This document shows positions 19,676-28,803 of a DNA stretch of 33,944 nt, in pieces. The DNA is taken from NCBI GenBank assembly GCA_013205275.1, contig JABMNG010000152.1, positions 1-33,944 on the forward strand, in the 5' to 3' direction. Every line of letters starts with the position of its first letter. The first letter of the stretch is position 1. The stretch is from Methylophilales bacterium (GTDB taxonomy: Bacteria > Pseudomonadota > Gammaproteobacteria > Burkholderiales > Methylophilaceae). Both the position numbers and the translations under genes were made by a program. The notes beneath the pieces were generated by a model. It saw nothing but the letters and a program-made list of their open reading frames with translations. It searched no databases and had not been told where the DNA came from.

Positions 19676-19705
19676 GGATTAGAATGTCTCTAGAGAAAAT
19701 TAAAT

Positions 19706-20326
19706 CTATTGGAGACCTTCAATATAATCAGATACTGCATACATTTCTTTTTCAGTTAATTTTTGGGCAATAACCCTCATTATCATTCCTTCATCATTAG
19801 ACCGATTTTCTAACCTAAACAAATTCAATTGCCCCAAAGTGTAATCGGAGTGTTGTGCGTTGAGCCTAGGATAAACATCTGGAATACCATGTCCGGCCGG
19901 TCCATGACAGCTGGCGCATGCTGGGACACCTTTGGCCGAAAGCCCACCACGGTAAATTTTCTCCCCTAAAGAGCCTTTTCCGTTACTTTTAGCTGAAGAC
20001 AAAGCAAGACTTTGTTGCGAGAAGTAAAGCCCAAGATTTTTCATATCTTCATCATTTAAACTGGCTACCATACCTGCCATTACAGCATTTTCTCTTGTGC
20101 CACTTTTGAAATTCATAAGTTGCTTTGTAATATAGGCCGAATGCTGACCGGCTAACTTTGGGTTCATACTAATTGCGCTATTCCCATCTACTGCATGACA
20201 TGCTACACATAGATTATTCACTATTTTTTTAGCAGACAAATATTGATTTGATCTATTCATTGGCTCCGCAAATAATGAAAGACTAAAAATAATGGTGCTA
20301 ATAAAAAAATAGCTCTTAGTTAACAT
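19706..20326 (-). CDS. Diheme cytochrome c4
   Basis: Signal peptide, two CXXCH motifs (CVACH, CASCH), PKLAGQH and PRLNAQH; AGGAG SD; divergent from engB. Confidence 0.93.
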   Translation of the reverse strand: MLTKSYFFISTIIFSLSLFAEPMNRSNQYLSAKKIVNNLCVACHAVDGNSAISMNPKLAGQHSAYITKQLMNFKSGTRENAVMAGMVASLNDEDMKNLGLYFSQQSLALSSAKSNGKGSLGEKIYRGGLSAKGVPACASCHGPAGHGIPDVYPRLNAQHSDYTLGQLNLFRLENRSNDEGMIMRVIAQKLTEKEMYAVSDYIEGLQ

Positions 20327-20412
20327 TTAAACTCCTGTGATATTTTAAAGTGAGACATTTTAACTAAAATAGGTTCAACGTGATAGCATTTACTTCTCTC
20401 AAGGAGTTATAA

Positions 20413-21027
20413 ATGGCTTTATTGCAAAATGCTAAATTTGTTATTTCAGCAAACCACTTTAATGAATTACCCGAGGACACTGGTTATGAAATAGCATTTG
20501 CTGGACGTTCAAATGCAGGTAAATCCAGCGCCATTAACACTCTAAGCAATCAGACACGACTTGCCTACGTCAGTAAACAGCCTGGACGGACCCAGCTAAT
20601 AAACTTTTTTAGAATTGATGATGACAAGTCGCTCGTCGATCTACCCGGCTATGGTTATGCCAAAGTTCCATCGGCTATCCGAGATCATTGGCAAAAAACT
20701 TTACCTCGATACCTTCAGGAGCGAGAAAGCCTGGTTGGATTGATCATTGTTATGGACATTAGAAGACCCCTAACAGATCTTGATATTAAAATGTTGGATT
20801 GGTTTTCACCTCGCCAGAAACCCATTCATATTCTTTTAACAAAAAGTGATAAATTATCTCGCGACCAGTCTCTAAGGACCTTGTCAGACATTAAGGGTAG
20901 GGTTAAAGCTCAATGGGGTGATTTATATCAAACTGAATGCACAGTTCAATTATTTTCTAGCCTAAAAAAAACAGGGGTGGAGGAGGCGGATAATATGATT
21001 CAGTCATGGTTATTGCCTAATAAATAA
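20413..21027 (+). CDS. engB: Ribosome biogenesis GTPase EngB/YihA/YsxC
   Basis: G1 GRSNAGKSS, PGRTQ, G3 DLPGYG, G4 TKSD; AAGGAG SD. Confidence 0.97.
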   Translation: MALLQNAKFVISANHFNELPEDTGYEIAFAGRSNAGKSSAINTLSNQTRLAYVSKQPGRTQLINFFRIDDDKSLVDLPGYGYAKVPSAIRDHWQKTLPRYLQERESLVGLIIVMDIRRPLTDLDIKMLDWFSPRQKPIHILLTKSDKLSRDQSLRTLSDIKGRVKAQWGDLYQTECTVQLFSSLKKTGVEEADNMIQSWLLPNK

Positions 21028-21684
21028 AATATCCCAAACACGATGGCCTAGCCGAATACCTCGATTTTCATATTTCGTATTGGGTCTATAGCTAGGTTTC
21101 TCAAAAAAATCTGTTGATTTAAGCGTAAAATTTTCAAGCGACTTGAATGAATCAAGAATCCATAAGGCGTAATCCTCCCAATCGGTTGCTATGTGTATAT
21201 AGCCCTCATTTTTTAACTTATGTTGAATTTTTTCAATAAAAGACGTTTGTATTAATCTTCTTTTATTGTGTTTTTTCTTATGCCAAGGGTCTGGAAAAAA
21301 AATATGGATGCCATCAAGTGAGTTATTAGGAATCATAAAATCTAAGACTTCTACTGCATCATGCTGAATAATCCTTAAATTCTTAATATTTTTTTCATTA
21401 ATTCGGTTAAGTAAGTTTCCCACTCCCGGAGAATGCACCTCAACCCCTAAAAAGTTAACATCAACAAGAGTTTCAGCGATTTCTGCGGTCGTATCACCCA
21501 TTCCAAAACCAATTTCTAAGATTATTTTTTTATCATTTGTCTCAAAAAAATCATTAAAATTAATTAGGCTTCTTTCAAATGGAATCATCAAGTTAGCTGA
21601 TAAATCTTTTAAGGCGATTGATTGGTATTTAGTCAGCCTGCCTTGTCGGAGAACATAGCTACGTATCGGTCTAATTTTTGTCAT
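21010..21684 (-). CDS. trmB: tRNA (guanine-N7)-methyltransferase
   Basis: IRSYVLRQGR, EIGFGMG, FPDPWHKKKH..RR, ATDWEDYA, TKYE. Confidence 0.97.
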   Translation of the reverse strand: MTKIRPIRSYVLRQGRLTKYQSIALKDLSANLMIPFERSLINFNDFFETNDKKIILEIGFGMGDTTAEIAETLVDVNFLGVEVHSPGVGNLLNRINEKNIKNLRIIQHDAVEVLDFMIPNNSLDGIHIFFPDPWHKKKHNKRRLIQTSFIEKIQHKLKNEGYIHIATDWEDYALWILDSFKSLENFTLKSTDFFEKPSYRPNTKYENRGIRLGHRVWDILFIRQ

Positions 21685-21695
21685 TAAATTATAAT

Positions 21696-22847
21696 TTATA
21701 GTTGAAAGGATTTATCAAATGAATTGAAGCAATGCAAGTCTATATCAATATTTTTAGTTACTACCATCACTTTGACTAAATCACCCATTTCCGCTGGTGA
21801 TACTAATTTTTGTAATTCCATGGATTTCTTCGAATAGTTTAAAATATCATTAGGGTTATATTTTTTTAAGCCATCTAAGATACCACTATTAATCAGAAAA
21901 TTTGCTTGTGACAAAAATCCTTCAATCATAAAATTGTTTTTATTAAACAGTTCTGCGAGGTAAGAGAAATTAACATGAGAGGTAATGTCTTGTGAGCCTA
22001 AGTTAATCAACGGATCTGTATGAGCCATATGCTGATAGTGGCACATTAAAGTACCCTCATTTCTATCTGGGTGAAAATACTCATGATTGGTGAATCCATA
22101 ATCTACAATAAATACTGCCCCTTTGGATATTGAGCTATTTAATTGATTAATCCATTTTTCATACAAAAAGGAATGCTCAAACACATAACCGTTAGGAAGG
22201 GGATAAATTAAATTTTTTGGCATATCAAGTGATGCATTTTTATATGCCCAAACTAAGTTATTGTCCTGAAACTTGAGTCCTTTCTGGACTATTTTATTGT
22301 CCTGTACTTTAAAAATATCTACAGGCAATGCATCAATGAACTCATTCATAAAAACAACACCAGTAAATTTATCTGGAATTTCTGTGACCCACTCAATCTT
22401 TCTATATGTCTCTTCACTCAGGCTCTGTTGTAAGGTAATCTTCTGATTTTCTATAGACTTCAGACCAATTTCTAATAGGTAGTATTTTTCAATTTCGACA
22501 CCCTCTTCTTCCGACGCATTTAGCATGTCGCGACAAAAAAAACCATTTCCCGGCCCAAGCTCCAGAACCATAGATTTTGTTTTATTAAAAATAACTGAGA
22601 ACTGCTTTAAAAAAGTTTCTGCAAATAAATCTGAAATCATCGGAGCAGTTACAAAGTCTCCTAGAGAGCCAAAATTATTTTTCTTTTTAATGTAGTAACC
22701 ACATTCTTTGTCATAAAGAACTATCTCCATAAAGCTGGAAAATGAAATCCAATTTTCATTTAACTGAGAAAAGTTTCGTAATTTTTCAACTAAGGCTTGA
22801 TGGGTATCAACTTCTGTTTCCGTTGGTAGAGGTAATTTATTCATCAT
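21696..22847 (-). CDS. SAM-dependent methyltransferase, MidA/NDUFAF7 (DUF185) family; start may be ATG 22844
   Basis: GYY, GDFVTAP.IS, ELGPGNG, NEFIDALP, DYG, QDITSHVNF, EMGDL.K. Confidence 0.9.
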   Translation of the reverse strand: MMNKLPLPTETEVDTHQALVEKLRNFSQLNENWISFSSFMEIVLYDKECGYYIKKKNNFGSLGDFVTAPMISDLFAETFLKQFSVIFNKTKSMVLELGPGNGFFCRDMLNASEEEGVEIEKYYLLEIGLKSIENQKITLQQSLSEETYRKIEWVTEIPDKFTGVVFMNEFIDALPVDIFKVQDNKIVQKGLKFQDNNLVWAYKNASLDMPKNLIYPLPNGYVFEHSFLYEKWINQLNSSISKGAVFIVDYGFTNHEYFHPDRNEGTLMCHYQHMAHTDPLINLGSQDITSHVNFSYLAELFNKNNFMIEGFLSQANFLINSGILDGLKKYNPNDILNYSKKSMELQKLVSPAEMGDLVKVMVVTKNIDIDLHCFNSFDKSFQL

Positions 22848-22851
22848 GTAG

Positions 22852-22859
22852 ATTATAAT
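22852..22859. promoter_or_regulatory. Palindromic ATTATAAT, candidate bidirectional -10 core
   Basis: TATAAT on both strands inside the ~40-bp gap between two divergent genes. Confidence 0.45.
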
Positions 22860-22887
22860 AGATTAACTTTAATTAAATTAATTGAAT

Positions 22888-23625
22888 ATGGCATCCTATA
22901 AAAAATTTGCATTAGTTACCGGTGGCTCGAGAAGAATTGGCGCTTCAATCTCTCGTAGGCTTCATAGGTCAGGTATTAATATTATGATCCACTACCGACA
23001 TTCAAAGGATGATGCTGTGGCGCTTCAAAGTGAGCTTAATAATATTCGAAAGAATTCAGCATTTGTGGTTCAAGCGGACTTTTTAGAACCAGAAAGTTAT
23101 GAATATACAATTTCAGAAACAATTCAATCATTTGGGGGTATGGATTTCTTAATCAATAATGCGTCCAGCTATTATCCTACGAAAATTGGTAATATTTCAT
23201 TAGCCCAATGGGAAGATCTAATCTCTACCAATCTTAAAACTCCTTTATTCCTAAGTCAGTGTGCAGCTACTTACTTAAAAAAGACTAAGGGAGCCATTGT
23301 TAATATTACAGACGCCCATATTCAAAATCCAAAAGAAGGCTATTCAGTTTATTCTATTGCAAAATCAGGACTTTCTACTCTAACTAAATCCTTGGCAAAA
23401 GATTTAGGTCCTGACATACGAGTAAACGCAGTAGCACCGGGAGCCATAATATGGCCAGACAATAAACAGGAGTTTGATAAAATATACCGTGAAAATGTAA
23501 TTAATAACACCGCACTTAGAAGAATAGGGGAGCCTGATGATGTCGCAAAAGCAGTTGAATACCTTCTGTTAAATGCCCCATTTGTGACTGGCGAAACTAT
23601 AAATGTTGACGGTGGTAGTTGGTAA
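22888..23625 (+). CDS. Pteridine reductase-like SDR (FolM/PTR1 family); ORF track uses TTG 22882
   Basis: [25 protein letters not shown] catalytic motif, VAPGAIIWP. Confidence 0.85.
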   Translation: MASYKKFALVTGGSRRIGASISRRLHRSGINIMIHYRHSKDDAVALQSELNNIRKNSAFVVQADFLEPESYEYTISETIQSFGGMDFLINNASSYYPTKIGNISLAQWEDLISTNLKTPLFLSQCAATYLKKTKGAIVNITDAHIQNPKEGYSVYSIAKSGLSTLTKSLAKDLGPDIRVNAVAPGAIIWPDNKQEFDKIYRENVINNTALRRIGEPDDVAKAVEYLLLNAPFVTGETINVDGGSW

Positions 23626-23627
23626 AA

Positions 23628-24497
23628 ATGAATTCAGAGATTCTTCCGGTAAAACCATCCCAGAATTTTTTAAAACTGAGGAAAAAATTAATAGGGCTAA
23701 CTGGTAAGGCGATCATGCACTATAATATGATAGAGCAAAGTGACAAAGTAATGGTCTGTATGAGCGGAGGAAAGGACTCCTATACCATGCTAATGATGCT
23801 ATTAGCACTAAAAAGAAGGGCTCCAATTAATTTTGATATTATTGCAGTCAATCTCGATCAAAAACAACCAAATTTCCCTGAAGATATTCTACCAAATTAC
23901 TTTAAATCTCATGATATTCCATATGAAATTATCAATGAAGACACTTATTCCATCGTAAAATCTAAGATCCCCGAGGGGAAGACTACCTGCTCTTTATGCT
24001 CCAGACTTAGAAGGGGTATTTTATATAAAGTAGCAAAAAGATTAGGAGCAACCAAAATTGCATTGGGTCATCATAAGAATGACATTGTTGAAACGTTTTT
24101 CTTAAACATGTTTCATGGCTCCAAATTAAAATCAATGCCCCCAAAACTATTGTCTGATGACAAAAAAAATATAGTAATTAGGCCACTTTCATTTTGCGAT
24201 GAAAAAGATATAACAAGTTACGCTAATGCTATGGACTTCCCAATTATTCCTTGTGACCTCTGTGGCTCACAGGAAAATCTAGAAAGAAAGAAAATAAAAG
24301 CCATGCTAAGTAACTGGGAAAAAGAAACCCCAGGGCGCATTAGTAATATTTTCGGTGCAATATCAAATATTGAGCTTTCTCATTTGGCTGATAAAAATTT
24401 GTTTAACTTTGAATCGCTTAAAACATCTGATGTTCCCAATGAAAATCTAGACTCTTTTAAAATTATAAACTTTATAAAACAACCTCAAAAAGTATAG
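23628..24497 (+). CDS. ttcA: tRNA 2-thiocytidine(32) synthetase; ORF track uses TTG 23619
   Basis: PP-loop [34 protein letters not shown]. Confidence 0.97.
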   Translation: MNSEILPVKPSQNFLKLRKKLIGLTGKAIMHYNMIEQSDKVMVCMSGGKDSYTMLMMLLALKRRAPINFDIIAVNLDQKQPNFPEDILPNYFKSHDIPYEIINEDTYSIVKSKIPEGKTTCSLCSRLRRGILYKVAKRLGATKIALGHHKNDIVETFFLNMFHGSKLKSMPPKLLSDDKKNIVIRPLSFCDEKDITSYANAMDFPIIPCDLCGSQENLERKKIKAMLSNWEKETPGRISNIFGAISNIELSHLADKNLFNFESLKTSDVPNENLDSFKIINFIKQPQKV

Positions 24498-24524
24498 AGC
24501 TTAAAGATTAATATTGTAATTTGC

Positions 24525-24553
24525 TTGAATAGTTGTGCTTTTATACTTATGAT
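24525..24553 (+). promoter_or_regulatory. Candidate sigma70 promoter for topA
   Basis: TTGAAT (24525-24530), 17-nt spacer, TATGAT (24548-24553). Confidence 0.5.
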
Positions 24554-24587
24554 GCGTAGTTTTTAACCATAGTTAAAAACAACTTAA

Positions 24588-27074
24588 ATGCATAAATTAC
24601 TAATTGTTGAGTCCCCCTCTAAGGCAAAAACTATTTCTAACTATCTTGGTAAGGAATATACGGTTCTAGCTTCATACGGACACATTAGAAATCTTTTACC
24701 AAAGTCTCAGGGAGTTAATACTGAAACCTTTGAAATGAATTATGAGATTAGCCCAAGAAATAAAAAACATATAGACGCAATTGCAGCAGCAGTAAAAAAT
24801 TCCGACGAAATATTACTTGCAACTGATCCAGACAGAGAGGGTGAGGCTATTGCATGGCATATTGCAGAAGTTTTACAATCAAAAAAAATTGTTGGGGGTA
24901 AAAAGATAAGGCGAATTATTTTCGGTGAGATTACTAAATCGGCAATTATTGAGGCATTGAATAACCCACGTGACGTTGCGCAGCCTCTCGTTCACGCCCA
25001 ACAAGCTCGACAGGCACTAGATTATTTAATTGGATTTAATCTATCACCTTTACTATGGTCAAAGATAAGATATGGTCTATCCGCTGGAAGAGTCCAAAGC
25101 CCCGCACTAAGATTGATTGTTGAACGTGAAAAAGAAATACAAAAATTTAATAGCCTGGAATACTGGAGTATTCATCTCGATTCATTCAAGGAAAAAACTA
25201 AAGTCTCAGCTAAATTAACGATATTAAATAATGAAAAATTAGAGCAATTCACTATTACAACAGCTGCTCAAGAAAAAAAAATAGTTGGCGAACTGCTTCT
25301 TAAGAGTTCGGGAAAAGTAAGGGTTTCCAGGGTTGAGAAAAAACAAAGAACAAGAATGCCATCAGCTCCATTTACAACATCAACACTACAACAAGATGCT
25401 GTTCGAAAACTTGGCCTTACTACACGGAGCGCAATGATAACTGCTCAACAGCTCTATGAAGGTATTAATATTGAGGAAGGTATAGTAGGGCTGATTACTT
25501 ATATGAGAACTGACTCTATGAGTCTCTCAAAAGAAGCCACAGACCAAATAAGAAAATACTTACAGGCAAATTATACTAGTGAGTATTTCCCACAAAAAGC
25601 AATTGGCTATAAAACAAAAGCCAAAAATGCGCAGGAAGCTCATGAGGCTATTCGGCCTACAAATATTGAAATAACACCACAGAGTGTCAAAAAATATTTA
25701 TCAGATCAGCAATTCAAACTTTATGAAATAATCTGGAAAAGAACATTGGCGTGTCAAATGTCACCAGCAGTATTTGATGCTGTAAGTGTAGATCTTGAAG
25801 TTGGACTCGGAGAAAGTCTTTTTAGAGCAACTGGACAAACTTTAAAATTTCCAGGTTTTATGTCAGTGTATTTAGAAGAAGATGATGAAGATGATTTGAA
25901 AAGTCAGGAAAATGACGAATCAAAACTGCCACCCCTTGAGGTTGGTGACATATTGGTCGTTGATAAAATTTTAGGTGTCCAGCATTTTACTGACCCTCCG
26001 CCACGTTTCACAGAAGCAAGTCTTGTGAAAACTCTTGAAGAATATGGTATTGGAAGGCCCTCAACATATGCAAGCATAATTACGACATTGCAGGAAAGAG
26101 AATATGCGCTTTTAGATAAAAAAAGATTTACGCCAACAGACGTTGGAAATGTTGTAATTGAATTCTTAACGGAGCATTTTGAAAATTATGTTGATTATGA
26201 GTTTACGGCTAATTTAGAATCTCAGCTTGATGATATAGCTGCTGACAAAAAAAATTCATTGAGTGTTCTGCAGGATTTTTGGGATCTATTTATCGCACAA
26301 ATTAAAGAAAAAAGTGGGTTAGATAGAACGAAAATTACTCAGAAAGAAATTGGGGAGAGCTGTCCAAAATGTAATAAACCGTTACTCTCGAAATTAGGCA
26401 AGAGAGGAAATTTTATTGCATGCTCAGCTTACCCTGATTGTGACTTTACAAAAAGCTCAAATGGAGAGTTGCCACAAGAGGCAAAAGTAATAGCTCGGGA
26501 TGAACTGTCAAATAAAGATATATTATTGTTGATTGGCCCCTATGGTCCATATCTCCAATTAGGCCTACCTGAAGAAGGCGATAAATTAAAACCTAAAAGA
26601 GTCACTATTCCGCCCGAGGTTCCTCTGGCTGATTTGAATGAAGCAATAGCTAAACAGTTAATTTCTCTACCAAGGGACTTGGGAGTGCACCCAGACACAG
26701 GCAAAAAAATTATTGCTAATATTGGTCGTTTTGGGCCCTATGTTAATCACAATGGTAAATTTAAATCTATACCGAAATCTGAGAATATATTTGAAATCAC
26801 ACATGAGTTCGCAGTTGAATTATTGATGCCTCTTAAAAGGGTTGGGGAAAACCCTGAATCAAAAAGCTCAATTGATATATATAAAAGTCGTTTTGGATTT
26901 TATATTCAAATGGATGATATCAAGGTCAATCTCTCTAAGGACACTGATCTCGATTCAATTTCTTTAGAAAAGGCTTTAAAGATGTTGTCAAAAAAGGCGG
27001 AGGCGGAGGCTAAGAAAAAACCTGCAAAAAAAATAGTATCTCCTAAGAAGAAAAAGCCTAGGAAGGCTGCTTAA
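24588..27074 (+). CDS. topA: DNA topoisomerase I (type IA)
   Basis: Toprim IVESPSKA and ATDPDREGE, SAGRVQS, GLITYMRTD (catalytic Tyr), QEAHEAIRPT, GIGRPSTY; one C4 zinc ribbon, GPYGPY/GRFGPY repeats and a Lys-rich tail. Confidence 0.97.
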   Translation: MHKLLIVESPSKAKTISNYLGKEYTVLASYGHIRNLLPKSQGVNTETFEMNYEISPRNKKHIDAIAAAVKNSDEILLATDPDREGEAIAWHIAEVLQSKKIVGGKKIRRIIFGEITKSAIIEALNNPRDVAQPLVHAQQARQALDYLIGFNLSPLLWSKIRYGLSAGRVQSPALRLIVEREKEIQKFNSLEYWSIHLDSFKEKTKVSAKLTILNNEKLEQFTITTAAQEKKIVGELLLKSSGKVRVSRVEKKQRTRMPSAPFTTSTLQQDAVRKLGLTTRSAMITAQQLYEGINIEEGIVGLITYMRTDSMSLSKEATDQIRKYLQANYTSEYFPQKAIGYKTKAKNAQEAHEAIRPTNIEITPQSVKKYLSDQQFKLYEIIWKRTLACQMSPAVFDAVSVDLEVGLGESLFRATGQTLKFPGFMSVYLEEDDEDDLKSQENDESKLPPLEVGDILVVDKILGVQHFTDPPPRFTEASLVKTLEEYGIGRPSTYASIITTLQEREYALLDKKRFTPTDVGNVVIEFLTEHFENYVDYEFTANLESQLDDIAADKKNSLSVLQDFWDLFIAQIKEKSGLDRTKITQKEIGESCPKCNKPLLSKLGKRGNFIACSAYPDCDFTKSSNGELPQEAKVIARDELSNKDILLLIGPYGPYLQLGLPEEGDKLKPKRVTIPPEVPLADLNEAIAKQLISLPRDLGVHPDTGKKIIANIGRFGPYVNHNGKFKSIPKSENIFEITHEFAVELLMPLKRVGENPESKSSIDIYKSRFGFYIQMDDIKVNLSKDTDLDSISLEKALKMLSKKAEAEAKKKPAKKIVSPKKKKPRKAA

Positions 27075-27933
27075 CTTTAAAGTCTAACTGTGTCACTTGA
27101 TCTTTCTTGTAGCTACTCTTTTCCATCCACTTTTTAATTCTGTTAGCGTCACCAATTCTAGTGAATTTCCCATGCGACTTAAGGAATACCATTATAATTG
27201 GCTCTTGATTTATTGTAGTTTGCATTACTAAGCATCTGCCTGCTTCCTGAATATACCCAGTCTTTGAAAGCCCGATATCCCAAACACCTTTTCTAACAAG
27301 TGCATTCGTATTCATAAAGTCCAGCGGGGCATTTCTTCTTCCTAACAAAATACTTTCTGCTGGTGTTGTTGTAATTTCACGAATCAATGGGTACTCGTAG
27401 GCTGCTTGCACCATTTTTACTAAATCCTTTGCTGTGGAGACATTCCTCTTGTCTAGTCCCGTTGGATCACGAAACTTACTACTCTCCATTCCCAATTGGA
27501 TAGCTTTTACATTCATAGCCTCAATAAAAGCTTTCTTTCCTGAGGGGTAGGTTCGTCCCAGTGCAGAGGCCGCGCGATTATCGGATGCCACAAGAGCAAT
27601 TTTCAATAATTCAAGACGGCTAGTTGTAGTTCCAACTGGCAACCTTGACCCCGTCCCTTTCATTCTATCTAGGTCTTGATTGGAAATTTTTATTTCTTCA
27701 GATAAATCGAGGTGTGAATCCAAAACTACCATCGCCGTCATCAATTTAGTCAAGGATGCGATGGATGCTTTTGCTTCAGAATTTTTTTCGTATATTACCT
27801 CACCAGTCTTCTGGTTTACAACAATAGCTCTTAAAGATCTTATGTTAGGGTTGGTGTTTTTTTCTTGAGCATGAAGTTGAGAAAAAGAAAGTGCTAGAAA
27901 TAGAATAAGAACGTAATTTATGATTTTATTCAC
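27058..27933 (-). CDS. pbpG: D-alanyl-D-alanine endopeptidase (peptidase S11, PBP7-like)
   Basis: Signal peptide, SLTK (SxxK), SDN (SxN), KTGYI..AGRCL; GTG start with AAGGA SD. Confidence 0.88.
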   Translation of the reverse strand: MNKIINYVLILFLALSFSQLHAQEKNTNPNIRSLRAIVVNQKTGEVIYEKNSEAKASIASLTKLMTAMVVLDSHLDLSEEIKISNQDLDRMKGTGSRLPVGTTTSRLELLKIALVASDNRAASALGRTYPSGKKAFIEAMNVKAIQLGMESSKFRDPTGLDKRNVSTAKDLVKMVQAAYEYPLIREITTTPAESILLGRRNAPLDFMNTNALVRKGVWDIGLSKTGYIQEAGRCLVMQTTINQEPIIMVFLKSHGKFTRIGDANRIKKWMEKSSYKKDQVTQLDFKVKQPS

Positions 27934-28012
27934 TGACTTATCCTTTTTTATAGATGCTGATGATAATATACAATTAGATTAATGTTGTCACCTTTTAAAA
28001 TCGGCTAAATAA

Positions 28013-28390
28013 ATGGACTATTCTGATAAATTTTTTTATACCAAAGAGCATGTTTGGTTAAAGTTTCTTTCTGACAATAAATACCAAATTGGCATTACAA
28101 ATTTCGCACAGGATTTATTGGGTGATATTGTGTTTATTGACATCAAACCTAGTGAAATAATATTAGAAAATCAACCAATGGGTGTTATTGAGTCAGTTAA
28201 AACAGCTTCGGACTTTATTTCACCAGCTGATGGGAAAATTTTAAATATTAATCATGATCTTATTAAGATGCCGGAGCTTATTAATGATAGGCCGCATGAG
28301 TCGTGGATATGTGAAATATTAATTATCGAAACGTTTAATAAAAATTGTTTTTTAAGTAAAGCAGAATATTTAGATCAGATTAAAAATTAA
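28013..28390 (+). CDS. gcvH: Glycine cleavage H-type lipoyl carrier protein
   Basis: YTKEHVW, GITNFAQDLLGDIVF, IESVKTASD (lipoyl Lys). Confidence 0.92.
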   Translation: MDYSDKFFYTKEHVWLKFLSDNKYQIGITNFAQDLLGDIVFIDIKPSEIILENQPMGVIESVKTASDFISPADGKILNINHDLIKMPELINDRPHESWICEILIIETFNKNCFLSKAEYLDQIKN

Positions 28391-28799
28391 TGTTGCTGAC
28401 ATCCATTGAACTCAATCTGTAGCCACAATCTTTGTAGAACTTATAGCGTTCCCTTGCCTTAATTTTAGCCGCTTCATCCTCTGTTACTAGCTCAACTAAT
28501 TTTAAATAACGGTTGAAGCCATTAACCATCGAATCAGTTGAGTTAATTAGGGTATCGTCCATCCAATCAACTTTTTCACTTGCTATGCAAATCATTTCAT
28601 TCATACATACCTGATTGACTTGATGCGCTAGAAAATTTGATGGAGAATTATTCCAGAAATACTCTGACAATGCATCCCCCTCTTTTTTATTGCTACAAAA
28701 AACTAGGGTCGTTCTTTTTTTCTGTAGATTTTTAAGAATTAAATTATGTAATACACTCCATTTATCCTTTACATTAAAAATAAATAGAACATTGGTCAA
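28380..28799 (-). CDS. holC: DNA polymerase III subunit chi (divergent)
   Basis: Directly downstream of pepA; LSEYFW..SNFLAH and ARERYKFYKDCGY resemble HolC motifs; TTG start. Confidence 0.82.
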   Translation of the reverse strand: MTNVLFIFNVKDKWSVLHNLILKNLQKKRTTLVFCSNKKEGDALSEYFWNNSPSNFLAHQVNQVCMNEMICIASEKVDWMDDTLINSTDSMVNGFNRYLKLVELVTEDEAAKIKARERYKFYKDCGYRLSSMDVSNINF

Positions 28800-28803
28800 A
28801 AAA

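Noticed and set aside
20327-20412. Partial CRP-like half sites (TGTGA, CGTGA) between cytochrome c4 and engB, and a TGTGA upstream of petA
   Set aside because: The second half-sites are poor, so chance is sufficient.
16567-21027. c4-ccsB-ccsA divergent from engB as a novel system
   Set aside because: This is a well-known conserved betaproteobacterial arrangement.
21685-21700. ATTATAAT between the MidA-like gene and trmB as a promoter
   Set aside because: TATAAT is only 3 nt from the trmB ATG in an all-AT 11-nt gap, too close to work. It also shows the octamer can arise by chance.
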